IMG/VR virus record: IMGVR_UViG_3300025087_000038
Coordinates: 1-64,000 of that record
Length of the DNA stretch: 64,000 bases
Reading direction: 5' to 3' (one strand)
Source: a virus
Shown piece by piece: positions 1 through 9,537 of the stretch; positions within the stretch are counted from its first letter, which is position 1; the number at the start of each line of letters is the position of its first letter. A program made the translations under genes and the position numbers. The notes below the pieces were generated by a model, which was not told the origin of the DNA, did no database searches, and saw only the letters and a program-made list of their open reading frames with translations.

Positions 1-1
1 C

Positions 2-829
2 GTAAACGTTTTTGGTGATGGTAGTGAGAGAACAGTAACTTATGACCCCAAAAAACATCTTTTTGTAGAAGATGTTTACAGTAGAGGTTTAGAAGGAGAA
101 GGAACAACGATGTATACTCCTGAAGAGTATTTTGAATACTATAAAGAAGATATAGAAGAAGAAGATTCTGACGGATTAACAGCAAAAAGAAAAGCGCAGA
201 AAGGTTTAAAAGTCTACAACGAAAGAGGAACACCTAGTGAAATAGAAGACTCTATTGACAAAGGTATAGACGTTGGAACCTATAGAACAACGGGTAGAAA
301 AGCTCAAGAAGAGGTGAACCTTACGACGCCACCTTTAGCAAATGAAATAGTAGATGAAATACTAAGTGAACTAAAAGAACAACTTAATGCTAACGCTGAT
401 GCTTTAAATTCCTTAGAAGTTCGTAAGTATCTATTGAAAAAAGTTAGAACATTAGCTCAAGGCCCGAGTAGAAAAGCTCAACTCAGTGAAACCGACCCAA
501 TGCAAATGTCAACTGGAGCACCAACAAGCGAAATAGAAAAAATAAAAATGACAAGAAAGGAAGTAACTGAACCAATAAATGTTATAATGACCCCAAGCAT
601 AGAACGAAGTAAAGGCGCTGGAACTCCAATAGACCCAACCTACTTAGCAGAACAAATAGTAAGAGGATTACGGTATAGTCATTACCATACCGCACAGGAA
701 GGGTTTAACCATATAATCAGGGCCACTAAAGACATAACAAAGGAACAGGTTGGAGAGTTAAAAGAACTAATGAGTCAGTTAGGCTACAGCGTAGAAGAAC
801 AAAAAGAAGGAATAGTAAAAACAGGATAA
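2..829 (+). CDS. Modular virion/internal head protein, 5'-truncated by the window edge
   Basis: The frame is open from base 2 into the annotated ATG at 110, so the gene probably starts upstream of the window. Three RKAQ motifs separate short acidic segments. Confidence 0.6.
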   Translation, partial: VNVFGDGSERTVTYDPKKHLFVEDVYSRGLEGEGTTMYTPEEYFEYYKEDIEEEDSDGLTAKRKAQKGLKVYNERGTPSEIEDSIDKGIDVGTYRTTGRKAQEEVNLTTPPLANEIVDEILSELKEQLNANADALNSLEVRKYLLKKVRTLAQGPSRKAQLSETDPMQMSTGAPTSEIEKIKMTRKEVTEPINVIMTPSIERSKGAGTPIDPTYLAEQIVRGLRYSHYHTAQEGFNHIIRATKDITKEQVGELKELMSQLGYSVEEQKEGIVKTG

Positions 830-832
830 ACG

Positions 833-1117
833 ATGCCAGAAGACTCAATAACAGATCTATATACTAAGAGACAACTACAAAAAAGTAAGGAGACTAAACC
901 TAACAAAGACAAATACTATATAGAGCTGTCCGATGTAAAAAGTATTAAAGGAATAATAGATTTAGAAATATTTAGTGATATAGAAGAATTTGAAAGTTAC
1001 CTTATGACTGAGTTAAGAGGAATAGAGCCAGGTATAGAAATGACAATAGGAAAAGGTAAAGAAGGGGACAAATGGTTTCCGCAACCAGTACGAGATATAA
1101 TAACCAAGGAGATATAA
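833..1117 (+). CDS. Hypothetical protein with a leader resembling the INLFWKK family
   Basis: 94-aa ORF. The N-terminus SITDLYTKRQLQK resembles SIINIFYKEQMKK of ORF 24951. Confidence 0.6.
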   Translation: MPEDSITDLYTKRQLQKSKETKPNKDKYYIELSDVKSIKGIIDLEIFSDIEEFESYLMTELRGIEPGIEMTIGKGKEGDKWFPQPVRDIITKEI

Positions 1118-1118
1118 A

Positions 1119-1424
1119 ATGGAAGGATCAAGGGAGAGATACAAAAACTTTTCAGTAACAGCAACAACGACAGAACAGGCCGTAACGTTTCCGCAAGCTA
1201 CAAAGTTCATAAAGATTAAAAATACTGGCGGACAGGCAGTAACCATAGTATTCCTAACTGACCAAGAGCTAGAACATGTTACGACTACAGTAGACAAATA
1301 CTTAAGTCTAATAGCCGGAACAACTGCGTTCATAGATACATTTGAAGATGACTTGGCAGTAAAAACAGTACGGTTTAAATCAGCTTCGTCAACTAGCGCA
1401 ATGCAGATATATGGTTCTTGGTAG
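1119..1424 (+). CDS. Small beta-rich putative virion protein
   Basis: SD AAGGAG upstream; Thr/Val-rich 101-aa ORF. Confidence 0.5.
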   Translation: MEGSRERYKNFSVTATTTEQAVTFPQATKFIKIKNTGGQAVTIVFLTDQELEHVTTTVDKYLSLIAGTTAFIDTFEDDLAVKTVRFKSASSTSAMQIYGSW

Positions 1425-1441
1425 AGTTAAAGGTAGGGAGA

Positions 1442-1549
1442 ATGCGCCAGAAAAAGTTAGCCGACGATATATTCTCAGGATTTGTGTTTACGTTAATTCT
1501 TATAGTTGTAACAGCAATATTCGTTTATTTAGTAACTAAAGGGAGGTAA
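1442..1549 (+). CDS. Small single-TM membrane peptide (35 aa)
   Basis: Translated by hand: MRQKKLADDIFSGFVFTLILIVVTAIFVYLVTKGR; SD GGGAG upstream. Confidence 0.5.
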   Translation: MRQKKLADDIFSGFVFTLILIVVTAIFVYLVTKGR

Positions 1550-1552
1550 TGA

Positions 1553-1924
1553 ATGGATGGTTTGCCAATTACATTTTTAGACAAGTATGGGGTAGGAGTA
1601 TTTCTAGTGGTATGTACATCCGGGTTCCTATGGTACTTAATACGAATGATAGGAAAGTTAGTTACATCGTTTGCTACACAGATAAGTGATGAACGAAAAC
1701 GATGGGAAGTAATAGTAGATAACCATTTATCAGAACTAGGTAAAAGTCAACAGAACATAGCAACTTCTTTAATCGAATCATCTAATATACTAAAAAGTAT
1801 AACTATTTCTCATGCTGCGCATAGTGAAAACCAGGCAACTGACCATAGTCAACAAAGTACAGATCATACAGTAATGTTAGAACGATTACCTTCCAGGATA
1901 AACGGAAGGAAAAAGCGAAGATAG
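1553..1924 (+). CDS. Putative holin-like membrane protein
   Basis: SD GGAGG; one N-terminal TM helix (YGVGVFLVVCTSGFLWYLI), a coiled region and a basic C-terminus (GRKKRR). Confidence 0.45.
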   Translation: MDGLPITFLDKYGVGVFLVVCTSGFLWYLIRMIGKLVTSFATQISDERKRWEVIVDNHLSELGKSQQNIATSLIESSNILKSITISHAAHSENQATDHSQQSTDHTVMLERLPSRINGRKKRR

Positions 1925-1927
1925 AAA

Positions 1928-2146
1928 GTGAGAAATATAAATAAAGCAATAAGAGATATAACAATTATTATTTTAATAGGATTTATTGGTGTACTGTTAA
2001 GTATCGGAATAATAAGAATAAAAGACTATATGTTTGGTAAACAAGGCATATATGAATATGGAAGAAAATTAGGATTTACAAAAGTTCAAGTAGATAAACT
2101 AATAGAAGGAACAAAAAGGAGAGCAAATGATCCTAACTGGGAATAA
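1928..2146 (+). CDS. Small membrane protein
   Basis: Hydrophobic stretch ITIIILIGFIGVLLSIGII. Confidence 0.55.
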   Translation: MRNINKAIRDITIIILIGFIGVLLSIGIIRIKDYMFGKQGIYEYGRKLGFTKVQVDKLIEGTKRRANDPNWE

Positions 2147-2633
2147 GAAATTAATTCTAATTGTATGTTTAGGATTACTATTATCCGGTTGCATAACTTT
2201 ACCAAGAATAGTATCTCCAAGTAAACCAGAAACAACCTATGAGTATAGTGAACAAATAGTAACAAAACCAGTATCGGTAGTAGTAGGAAAAGATGGCGGA
2301 ATGGTAGTTGTAACACAAGAAACCTCTAAAACTGTAGGGGCAACCTATACAGTACCAAAAAAGGGATTCATGCAACGATTAGGTAACTGGCTAGGAAGTT
2401 TAAGTATTCTTGGAATTGTAGCGTTAGTAATATGCTTAGTAGTATTTCCAGGCGGAACAATGGCATATTTAGTAAAACAGGTATTTAAATGGAGAAATGC
2501 ACTAAAGGAAACTGCCTCGGCTATAAAGGATGCAAAAGCAGTAGAGAACGATAATGCTTTAGAACTAGCTTTAAAAGAAAAACAAAGCGATGAAACAAAA
2601 GAGTTATTAGGTAAGATAAGAGCAAAACTATAA
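2127..2633 (+). CDS. Lipoprotein with a second TM helix (possible unimolecular spanin)
   Basis: Signal peptide with lipobox LSGC; later TM segment LSILGIVALVICLVVFP. Confidence 0.5.
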   Translation: MILTGNKKLILIVCLGLLLSGCITLPRIVSPSKPETTYEYSEQIVTKPVSVVVGKDGGMVVVTQETSKTVGATYTVPKKGFMQRLGNWLGSLSILGIVALVICLVVFPGGTMAYLVKQVFKWRNALKETASAIKDAKAVENDNALELALKEKQSDETKELLGKIRAKL

Positions 2634-2908
2634 TGGGCAGAATTTGCAAAGACTGTAGAGTTGAAATTAAACAAGGACTAAGCGCTAATAGTGCAATGTT
2701 AGCTGAGTATAAAATGAATGAGTTTATACCAGAAGAATTTGATATAGAAAAAGGTTGCGCTGTTTGTAATCACCCAGAGTTAAAAGAAGAAACAAATAGG
2801 AAGATAACAGATATGACTGATGGGTTAAGAAAAGTAGCACGAAGATATTATGAAGAAGAAGTAAGACCCCAAATTATAGAATCCAGACTTCTGGGAAGTA
2901 GTTTATAA
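2633..2908 (+). CDS. Zinc-binding hypothetical protein
   Basis: CKDC and CAVC motifs; translationally coupled to both neighbours. Confidence 0.55.
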   Translation: MGRICKDCRVEIKQGLSANSAMLAEYKMNEFIPEEFDIEKGCAVCNHPELKEETNRKITDMTDGLRKVARRYYEEEVRPQIIESRLLGSSL

Positions 2909-3375
2909 TGAACTTAAACTTAGGTTGTGGTACTGATTATATAGATGGTTGGATAAACATAGATACAAGGACTGATGTTAAAGCTGATATACATTGTAGC
3001 ATACAAGAAATAGAGAAGCATGTAGAACCCGAAACAGCAGACCAAATACAAGCAACAAATATACTTGAACATATTAGTTGGAAAGAAATAGATAAAGTTT
3101 TAAAGGGCCTTTATAACTTACTTAGGATTAACGGAAAATTATTTATACGCGGGCCTGATATAAACCGAGCGGCAGAAAAATTTATAACCAAAAAAATAGA
3201 CGAACAAGAATTTATAAAAGTAGTATACGGAGACCAAGACTATTTAGAAAACACTCATAAGTCTGGTTGGTCAGAAGAAGGATTGAAAGAAAAATTAAAG
3301 GATGCTGGATTTAAAGATATTGAGGTAACATGGAGAGATGAATCGTGGGGATTTGAAATAGGTGGGAAAAGATGA
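2908..3375 (+). CDS. Class I SAM-dependent methyltransferase
   Basis: Motif I LNLGCG...WINID, followed by ILEH and LRINGKLFI, typical of small Methyltransf_11-like proteins. Confidence 0.85.
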   Translation: MNLNLGCGTDYIDGWINIDTRTDVKADIHCSIQEIEKHVEPETADQIQATNILEHISWKEIDKVLKGLYNLLRINGKLFIRGPDINRAAEKFITKKIDEQEFIKVVYGDQDYLENTHKSGWSEEGLKEKLKDAGFKDIEVTWRDESWGFEIGGKR

Positions 3376-3551
3376 AAGATAACTACACAAAAATATGTAA
3401 TTGCGGCCATGAAATGAAAGTAGACGATAACACTTATAAACTAAATGTAGAATACGAAGACGAAAAACAAATAAGACATGAAGAGTTCGCTTTTATTTGT
3501 AAATCTTGTAATAGAAAAATTCAAAGAGTAGTAACCGAAAAGGAATTATAA
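3372..3551 (+). CDS. Small zinc-finger protein (59 aa)
   Basis: ATGA overlap with the upstream gene; CNCG and CKSC motifs (manual translation). Confidence 0.55.
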   Translation: MKDNYTKICNCGHEMKVDDNTYKLNVEYEDEKQIRHEEFAFICKSCNRKIQRVVTEKEL

Positions 3552-3560
3552 GGAGGAAAA

Positions 3561-6119
3561 ATGTTTAATGTTATAAGTAGAGTCAAAAATGCAATAGTAG
3601 ATTTCTTAACTAAAACTGATACTGAGGACAAGCCCCCTTTAAAAGTGAAAGCACAAACTCCTGCACCTATCCCCGCTGTTCAACCAGGAGTAACTCCAAC
3701 TGGAACTACTGCTACTACTCCAATGCCTAGTACTCCTTGTCCAGCAGGTAAGATGTGGGTTGAAGACGGTACAGGTGGATGGGTATGTGCTGGCCCTGGA
3801 GAAGTAACAAAGAAAGCGCTTATTCACAAATACGACCCCAACGAACTAAAAATGTTTGGAGAAATAGACCAAATAAAAGACTTAGTAAGAAACAAATACC
3901 AAATAGGACTAAACATAGAGGAAGCAAAAGAGTTACTAGCTTGGCTTAAAGACCAAGAATTCACCCAAGACTTTGCAAATAGTGATACAGATTACTTCTA
4001 CGCTATTACATCATGGCTAAAGAGTAAAGGTTGGACAGTACAAGGAACAAAAAGAACGGCTGACATTACTTCTATACTTGAACCTTTACTACCAGAAATA
4101 GAAAAACAAATAAACACCAAAGTACCTCTAGAAGAAATAAAAAATTTTATCATAGAAAAAGTAGGCGAAAGAAAGATAAACGAAGAAGACAAGAGAAAAA
4201 TTAAATATAATGTAGAAAAACTCCAAACACCAGATAACCTCTTAAAGTACCTATACAACTCAATACTAAAATATGAAGGACATGGAGTTATTAGTACAAA
4301 AAATCTTATATCTATTAAGATAGGACAAAAAGTTAAGATAATAAAAGACCTTATTTATTCTCCAAAATATGGCGGTATTTTACCAAAAGAGGAGTATGCG
4401 GGGTCTCAATATTGGGAAGAGGATAATTCTGGTAAAAAAAGTAGCATGTATTTAAAGAAAGGAACTATTATGACAGCATTAGAAGATGGTTCTTTAGACC
4501 AAGTTGAATTTGAAGGGGGTGGGCATAATACATCCCTAGAGAAAAATTGGTTTACCCGTTTAAATGAAGGACATGGCGTAGTATCAAAACAAATAAAAGA
4601 ACAAGGAAGACAAATAGGCTTAAAAGAAATAGTAAAAGACAAATATAAAGTTGAACTAAACGATAAAGAGGTAGAAAGTCTATTCAACTTCCTCGAAGAC
4701 CAAGATGTTCAAAGTACTGACGAATTTTACTTTAACGAGATAGAAAACTGGCTTAAAAGGAAAGGTAGGAAAGGCCAGTTATCTTCTTATATAACTGAAG
4801 GTATAGAAGCTGGGGCAGAAGAAACATTGAATAACGATAATGTCTTTGATTGGACAATAGAAACCTTTAACGCAAATGATATCTGCAAGCGAACAGGTTT
4901 ACCAGATGATGCTGACTTGTTAGAACACAAAGAAGAAATAAGTCAATCCTTTTTACCTAGTTATGAAGAACAAATCGAGAATAGTGGATTTGATTGGTTA
5001 TTTGAGGACAACGAAGACATATATGATATAACTGATGGAAACTCAATTGATACGTGTGAGATAGATGAACTTGATGAGGTTCCTAGTGGTACAACTGCTG
5101 GTAGGAAAGGACAAAGCGAGAATTTAATTGGAAGACAGTTTACAAGGGATGGAAAAACATACACTGTAAAACATACAAATAGCGGTTTAAGACTAGTTAC
5201 TATACAAGAAGGAACTACTGGAGAACTAAAAACTATAAATTATATAACTCTTTTACATGGCTATAATGAAGTTAGATCAAGTAGGGCTCAAATGGAAAAA
5301 ACTGTTCCAGCACCTGTAACTCCAGTCAATCCAGTTGAACCCTTAAAACCAGGAGAGATACCTGTAATCCTCGAAGACGAAGTAACTGACGAAAAAGCAA
5401 AACCAAAAGGTTTAAATCCAGAAGAAGAAGAGGTAGAAAAGAAAACTGATCTTGGCAGAGAAGAAAAGGTAAAAACAGATGTGGGAGAATTAAAAGAAAA
5501 TATAATTAACTTAGCAAAAAGTGTTTATAGTATTGAAATGTCTGAGCAACAAGTCACAGATTTACTAGGCAAGATAATGGGATTTTTAAGTGAAAAAATA
5601 AGTGAAGTAACATTGGGTAGAGTTCAAGACATAGTAGGAGATTTATTACCAAGGAAGGCAAAGTTAAGTAATAGGAAAGGGCAAAATAAATATACCTACA
5701 AACCTGAAAATGCTGCAAAAGAAGCAGCGGATATAGCAGCTGGCCAAATTCTGGAAGCTGATGTAGATAACGTAGAAATGAAAAGAAAAATGATACAGCA
5801 AGCTATAGATGATTTTAGTGATTTCGGTTATGAAAATTGGAACATAGCTGAGGAACAAATAGGAAAAGTAACAAGAGAAATGGAAAAATTACTAAGGAAG
5901 GCAAAGTTAAGTAATAGGAAAGGGCAAAATAAATATACCTACAAACCTGAAAATGCTGCAAAAGAAGCAGCGGATATAGCAGCTGGCCAACTAAGGAAAA
6001 TGATACAGCAAGCTATAGATGATTTTAGCGATTTCGGTTATGAAAATTGGAACATACCTTATGAACAAATAGGAAAAGTAACAAGAGAAATGGAAAAATT
6101 ACTAAGGACATATTTGTAA
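3561..6119 (+). CDS. Large modular virion/internal protein (putative polyprotein)
   Basis: SD AGGAGG; 852 aa of repeated helical and SH3-like modules separated by KAQ/RKGQ/RAQ motifs; lies just upstream of the portal gene. Confidence 0.65.
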   Translation: MFNVISRVKNAIVDFLTKTDTEDKPPLKVKAQTPAPIPAVQPGVTPTGTTATTPMPSTPCPAGKMWVEDGTGGWVCAGPGEVTKKALIHKYDPNELKMFGEIDQIKDLVRNKYQIGLNIEEAKELLAWLKDQEFTQDFANSDTDYFYAITSWLKSKGWTVQGTKRTADITSILEPLLPEIEKQINTKVPLEEIKNFIIEKVGERKINEEDKRKIKYNVEKLQTPDNLLKYLYNSILKYEGHGVISTKNLISIKIGQKVKIIKDLIYSPKYGGILPKEEYAGSQYWEEDNSGKKSSMYLKKGTIMTALEDGSLDQVEFEGGGHNTSLEKNWFTRLNEGHGVVSKQIKEQGRQIGLKEIVKDKYKVELNDKEVESLFNFLEDQDVQSTDEFYFNEIENWLKRKGRKGQLSSYITEGIEAGAEETLNNDNVFDWTIETFNANDICKRTGLPDDADLLEHKEEISQSFLPSYEEQIENSGFDWLFEDNEDIYDITDGNSIDTCEIDELDEVPSGTTAGRKGQSENLIGRQFTRDGKTYTVKHTNSGLRLVTIQEGTTGELKTINYITLLHGYNEVRSSRAQMEKTVPAPVTPVNPVEPLKPGEIPVILEDEVTDEKAKPKGLNPEEEEVEKKTDLGREEKVKTDVGELKENIINLAKSVYSIEMSEQQVTDLLGKIMGFLSEKISEVTLGRVQDIVGDLLPRKAKLSNRKGQNKYTYKPENAAKEAADIAAGQILEADVDNVEMKRKMIQQAIDDFSDFGYENWNIAEEQIGKVTREMEKLLRKAKLSNRKGQNKYTYKPENAAKEAADIAAGQLRKMIQQAIDDFSDFGYENWNIPYEQIGKVTREMEKLLRTYL
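5651..6108 (+). repeat. In-frame tandem duplication (243-bp period; second copy lacks 36 bp)
   Basis: aaggaaggcaaagttaagtaataggaaagggcaaaataaatatacc... begins at both 5651 and 5894. Confidence 0.95.
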
Positions 6120-6132
6120 AGGCTTAATAATA

Positions 6133-6384
6133 ATGGACATTCAAATCTTTATAGACAGACTAAAAGTAGTAGGGGAGAGGGAAAAACAAAGAATAATCGA
6201 TGCTTACCTTGAAGAAGTAAATAGAGAAGAAGAAATAATGTACAACATTGAATATTACTTGAAGAGAATAGAAGAAAACATAATATACTTAGAGGAACCA
6301 CAAGAGTTACAAAGATTAATAATCTTATTCAAAGGAAAATTAGAAGAAATAAAAGTAACACATAAAGACAGATTAGAGGTATAA
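6133..6384 (+). CDS. Hypothetical helical protein
   Basis: 83-aa ORF within the operon. Confidence 0.55.
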   Translation: MDIQIFIDRLKVVGEREKQRIIDAYLEEVNREEEIMYNIEYYLKRIEENIIYLEEPQELQRLIILFKGKLEEIKVTHKDRLEV

Positions 6385-6395
6385 GGAGGAAGAGT

Positions 6396-9107
6396 TTGTC
6401 AAATAGAGTAATAGTAACAGACAACATAAACGAAGAGTATAGAAAAGCTACCTCAAAAGCTGTAACCTTAGAAGGATTACCAAAAGAAATACAGGATAGA
6501 ATGAAACGTAGAGCAACTTCTGGCGTATCAGTTGACAGAGTCGCTGACCAATATTATAACCCGTTTTTACAGACTACTGAAATAGAAGTTCCAAAAGACC
6601 GAAAGGAACGAAATCGTTGGTACCGATATTTCTTTTTAAATGAACCATTGGTACATTCGGCGTTGACTCTTCATACAATGTTTCCGTTATCTTCTTTTAG
6701 AGTCTCACATGAAGATAAAGAGATAGAAGATGAATTTAACGCAATGATAGAAGACATAAGGCTATTTGATTTTATTTTAGAGTTGGGGTTAGAGTATTGG
6801 ATAACTGGCGAGGCGTTTCCATTCGGATTTTTTGACGACCCTGATGATCCTAAGATGTGGACTGACTTTATTTTACTTCATCCAAACTTTGTAGAAGTAG
6901 AAGGTGACCCGTGGGTAAGAGGAAAAAGAAAGAAGCATATTTGGTTAACTCCTACCGATAGCTTAAAAAAATTAGTAGAAGGCGGGCCGAACGATCCCAA
7001 AACAGGGGAACTCTATAAAAACCTTCCTCCAGACATAATAGAAGGAATAAAAGTCGGAAAAATAGAATTAGGGGATGTTCAAATAAGTCACATAAAACGC
7101 CCTGGAATATATTTTAATACAAGAGGAACAAGTATAATAGATTGCATTTTAAAGGCTTTAATGTATAGAGATAAACTAAGAAGTGCCCAGTATTCCATAG
7201 CTGATCGCCACATAAGTCCGTGTCACGACGAACAAACAGAGTGCTTAACTAAAGTAGGATGGAAGAGATATGAGGAACTTACTTTAGAAGATGATATAGC
7301 TACTTTTAATATATCTAATGGATTACTAGAGTATCAAAAACCTGAGGAGATATATATTTTCCCCCATAAGGGAGATCTTGTACATTTTAAGAAAAATAGA
7401 ATAGATGTAATGGTTACACCTAATCATAGGATGTTAGTAAAAGAGCTAAATTATGATAAGGTTAAATCTAAAGAAGCAAAGAAAGTTAAAAAAAATATTC
7501 CTGGGATATACACTTATAGTGATTGGAAAGTAGTAGAAGCTTCTAAGGTAAAAAAGAGTAGTATCTTTAGGTGCGTTATTAACAATTTTATTGGGGAAGA
7601 TGTAAAAGAAACTATAGTAGTTAATGATGTTTCAATTCCAATAGACATCTATTTAGAGTTTGTAGGTTACTACTTAAGCGAGGGCACTATTTGGCAATAT
7701 AAGAAAGAAGGCAAAGATGTGTCTATTTCTCAAATGAAACATTCAAGGCACTATCAACAAATGAAGATAGCTCTTGAAAAATTTCCACTTAAGTTTACTG
7801 AGAAACTTACTAATCGCGGATGCGCTATATGGAGTAGAACAGATACGGTTTTATGCGAGCACATAATAGAAAATTACGGGCAAGGGAGTTTCAATAAAAA
7901 AATTCCCGTTTGGGTTAAAAATTTATCTCCAAGGTTACTAAAGATACTTATAGATGCAATGGTTAGGGGCGATGGTAGTGTTAATACTATTGCTACTTGG
8001 AATAACAAAACTTACAGTAATCGATATATAAACTATTATACTGTCTCTAAACAACTAGCGGATGATGTTCAAGAAATTGTCTTTAAGTGCGGGTATGCAG
8101 TGGCTTTAAAGAAAAGTAAAAGTAGAACTGCCCCCGTTAACTGGGCGGAAATATATACAGTTTATTGGTCAGAAACTACAAAAAATAGCAAATTTCCAAG
8201 ATTAACTGCAGGAAAAGATTGTATTCAGAAAGTTTCTCATACTGGATATGTATGGTGTGTAAAGGTCCCAAACAAATTTTTTGTAACAAGGCGAAATGGA
8301 AAAATAGGGATAAATCACAATACGGAGTTTTACTTTATAGGAGAACCTGGAGATCCAGCTGACGAAGACGAATTAGAGAAATTCCAGAATGCTTTAGTAG
8401 CATCTTGGACACAACCTAATCGAGCGATAATTTGGCATCATGCCGTAAAAGTTCAATGGGAAGGGGCTGCCGGACGCATATTACCACTACAACCGGAATT
8501 TGACATGATAGATAACCAAATTTTAATTGGATTAATGGTATCAAAAGGTGTTATCTTTGGGGAGGGGCCGACGTTCGCTAATGCATCAGTTGCACTGGAC
8601 ATTCTAATTCAACGATATTTAAGTTTTAGAATGCAGATAGAAAAATGGATAGAAAATTGCGTATTTGCTCCAATATGTAAGATACATGGACTTTACAAAC
8701 CTACTCAAGCAGAAATAAAACATAGAATAAGAATTAAGGGTAAAGACAAACCTTTATGGATACCCCAAGTAAAATGGGACAAAGAAAACCTAAGAGATAA
8801 CATGCAAAAATTAGAGTTTATGTCTAGACTAGCGGAGAAAGAAATTGTTCCTTGGAAAATGGTAACAAACTTACTAGATTTAGATTGGGAAACAATTAAG
8901 AAAGGAATGGTTGAACAAAGAAAAGAAAGGGGTAAAATCGGATTACCCTCCCCGGTTGTTCCTACAGGGGCAGTACCTACAGGACTTCCAACTCCACCTA
9001 CAGGTAGTCCTGTTGTAGAAATAACTCCTGCCGAAGGACCTTTAGAAGGGGGCGGGCCAATACCTTCAGAATCTCATCAACTTCCAGAAGTACCAACGGG
9101 CGGATAA
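6396..9107 (+). CDS. Portal protein containing an intein (about 536 aa after splicing)
   Basis: TTG start after SD AGGAGG; portal-like segments (WYRYFFLNEPLVHSAL, RGTSIIDCILKAL, GEGPTFANA); first gene of the portal-protease-capsid order. Confidence 0.8.
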   Translation: MSNRVIVTDNINEEYRKATSKAVTLEGLPKEIQDRMKRRATSGVSVDRVADQYYNPFLQTTEIEVPKDRKERNRWYRYFFLNEPLVHSALTLHTMFPLSSFRVSHEDKEIEDEFNAMIEDIRLFDFILELGLEYWITGEAFPFGFFDDPDDPKMWTDFILLHPNFVEVEGDPWVRGKRKKHIWLTPTDSLKKLVEGGPNDPKTGELYKNLPPDIIEGIKVGKIELGDVQISHIKRPGIYFNTRGTSIIDCILKALMYRDKLRSAQYSIADRHISPCHDEQTECLTKVGWKRYEELTLEDDIATFNISNGLLEYQKPEEIYIFPHKGDLVHFKKNRIDVMVTPNHRMLVKELNYDKVKSKEAKKVKKNIPGIYTYSDWKVVEASKVKKSSIFRCVINNFIGEDVKETIVVNDVSIPIDIYLEFVGYYLSEGTIWQYKKEGKDVSISQMKHSRHYQQMKIALEKFPLKFTEKLTNRGCAIWSRTDTVLCEHIIENYGQGSFNKKIPVWVKNLSPRLLKILIDAMVRGDGSVNTIATWNNKTYSNRYINYYTVSKQLADDVQEIVFKCGYAVALKKSKSRTAPVNWAEIYTVYWSETTKNSKFPRLTAGKDCIQKVSHTGYVWCVKVPNKFFVTRRNGKIGINHNTEFYFIGEPGDPADEDELEKFQNALVASWTQPNRAIIWHHAVKVQWEGAAGRILPLQPEFDMIDNQILIGLMVSKGVIFGEGPTFANASVALDILIQRYLSFRMQIEKWIENCVFAPICKIHGLYKPTQAEIKHRIRIKGKDKPLWIPQVKWDKENLRDNMQKLEFMSRLAEKEIVPWKMVTNLLDLDWETIKKGMVEQRKERGKIGLPSPVVPTGAVPTGLPTPPTGSPVVEITPAEGPLEGGGPIPSESHQLPEVPTGG
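7221..8321 (+). mobile_element. Intein with LAGLIDADG endonuclease in the portal protein (367 aa)
   Basis: Starts CHDEQTECLT; block B VTPNHRM; endonuclease motifs FVGYYLSEG and DAMVRGDG; ends INHN followed by Thr. Confidence 0.92.
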
Positions 9108-9150
9108 ATAAAATTGAAGGGTTAAACTATTATCTATATGAGAGGATTAT

Positions 9151-9294
9151 ATGAAAAGAGTTATTAGTGGAAAAATTAAAGGCATTTTAAAGACGAAGAG
9201 CTGTCTAAACTGCGGTAAGGATATAGATTTATACGGGATAGACCTTTGCGCTGAATGTAAAAAGGGTATAGAAAAAAGTGGAAAACAAAGATAG
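9151..9294 (+). CDS. Small zinc-finger peptide (47 aa)
   Basis: SD GAGG; CLNC and CAEC motifs (manual translation). Confidence 0.5.
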   Translation: MKRVISGKIKGILKTKSCLNCGKDIDLYGIDLCAECKKGIEKSGKQR

Positions 9295-9535
9295 AGGCAA
9301 AATACCAGCGCAAATTGTAGATATTTGCCGAAACCGCCTTGATGAACTAAGTTTGGTGCAATTTGGAACAGTAGCTTTTGACATTCGTTTTGGTAATGTG
9401 TATAGATTACGAACCCAGAACGATATTTTGGTAGATAAAGATAAGTTACCAAGAGACGTTTTAGAAGGTAAAACCAAGGAAGAATTAGTAGATTTGATAA
9501 TCGGAAAGCGGAAGGAAGAAAAAGGAGGAACCTAA
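9278..9535 (+). CDS. Hypothetical protein
   Basis: 85-aa ORF within the operon. Confidence 0.5.
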   Translation: MENKDRGKIPAQIVDICRNRLDELSLVQFGTVAFDIRFGNVYRLRTQNDILVDKDKLPRDVLEGKTKEELVDLIIGKRKEEKGGT

Positions 9536-9537
9536 AA

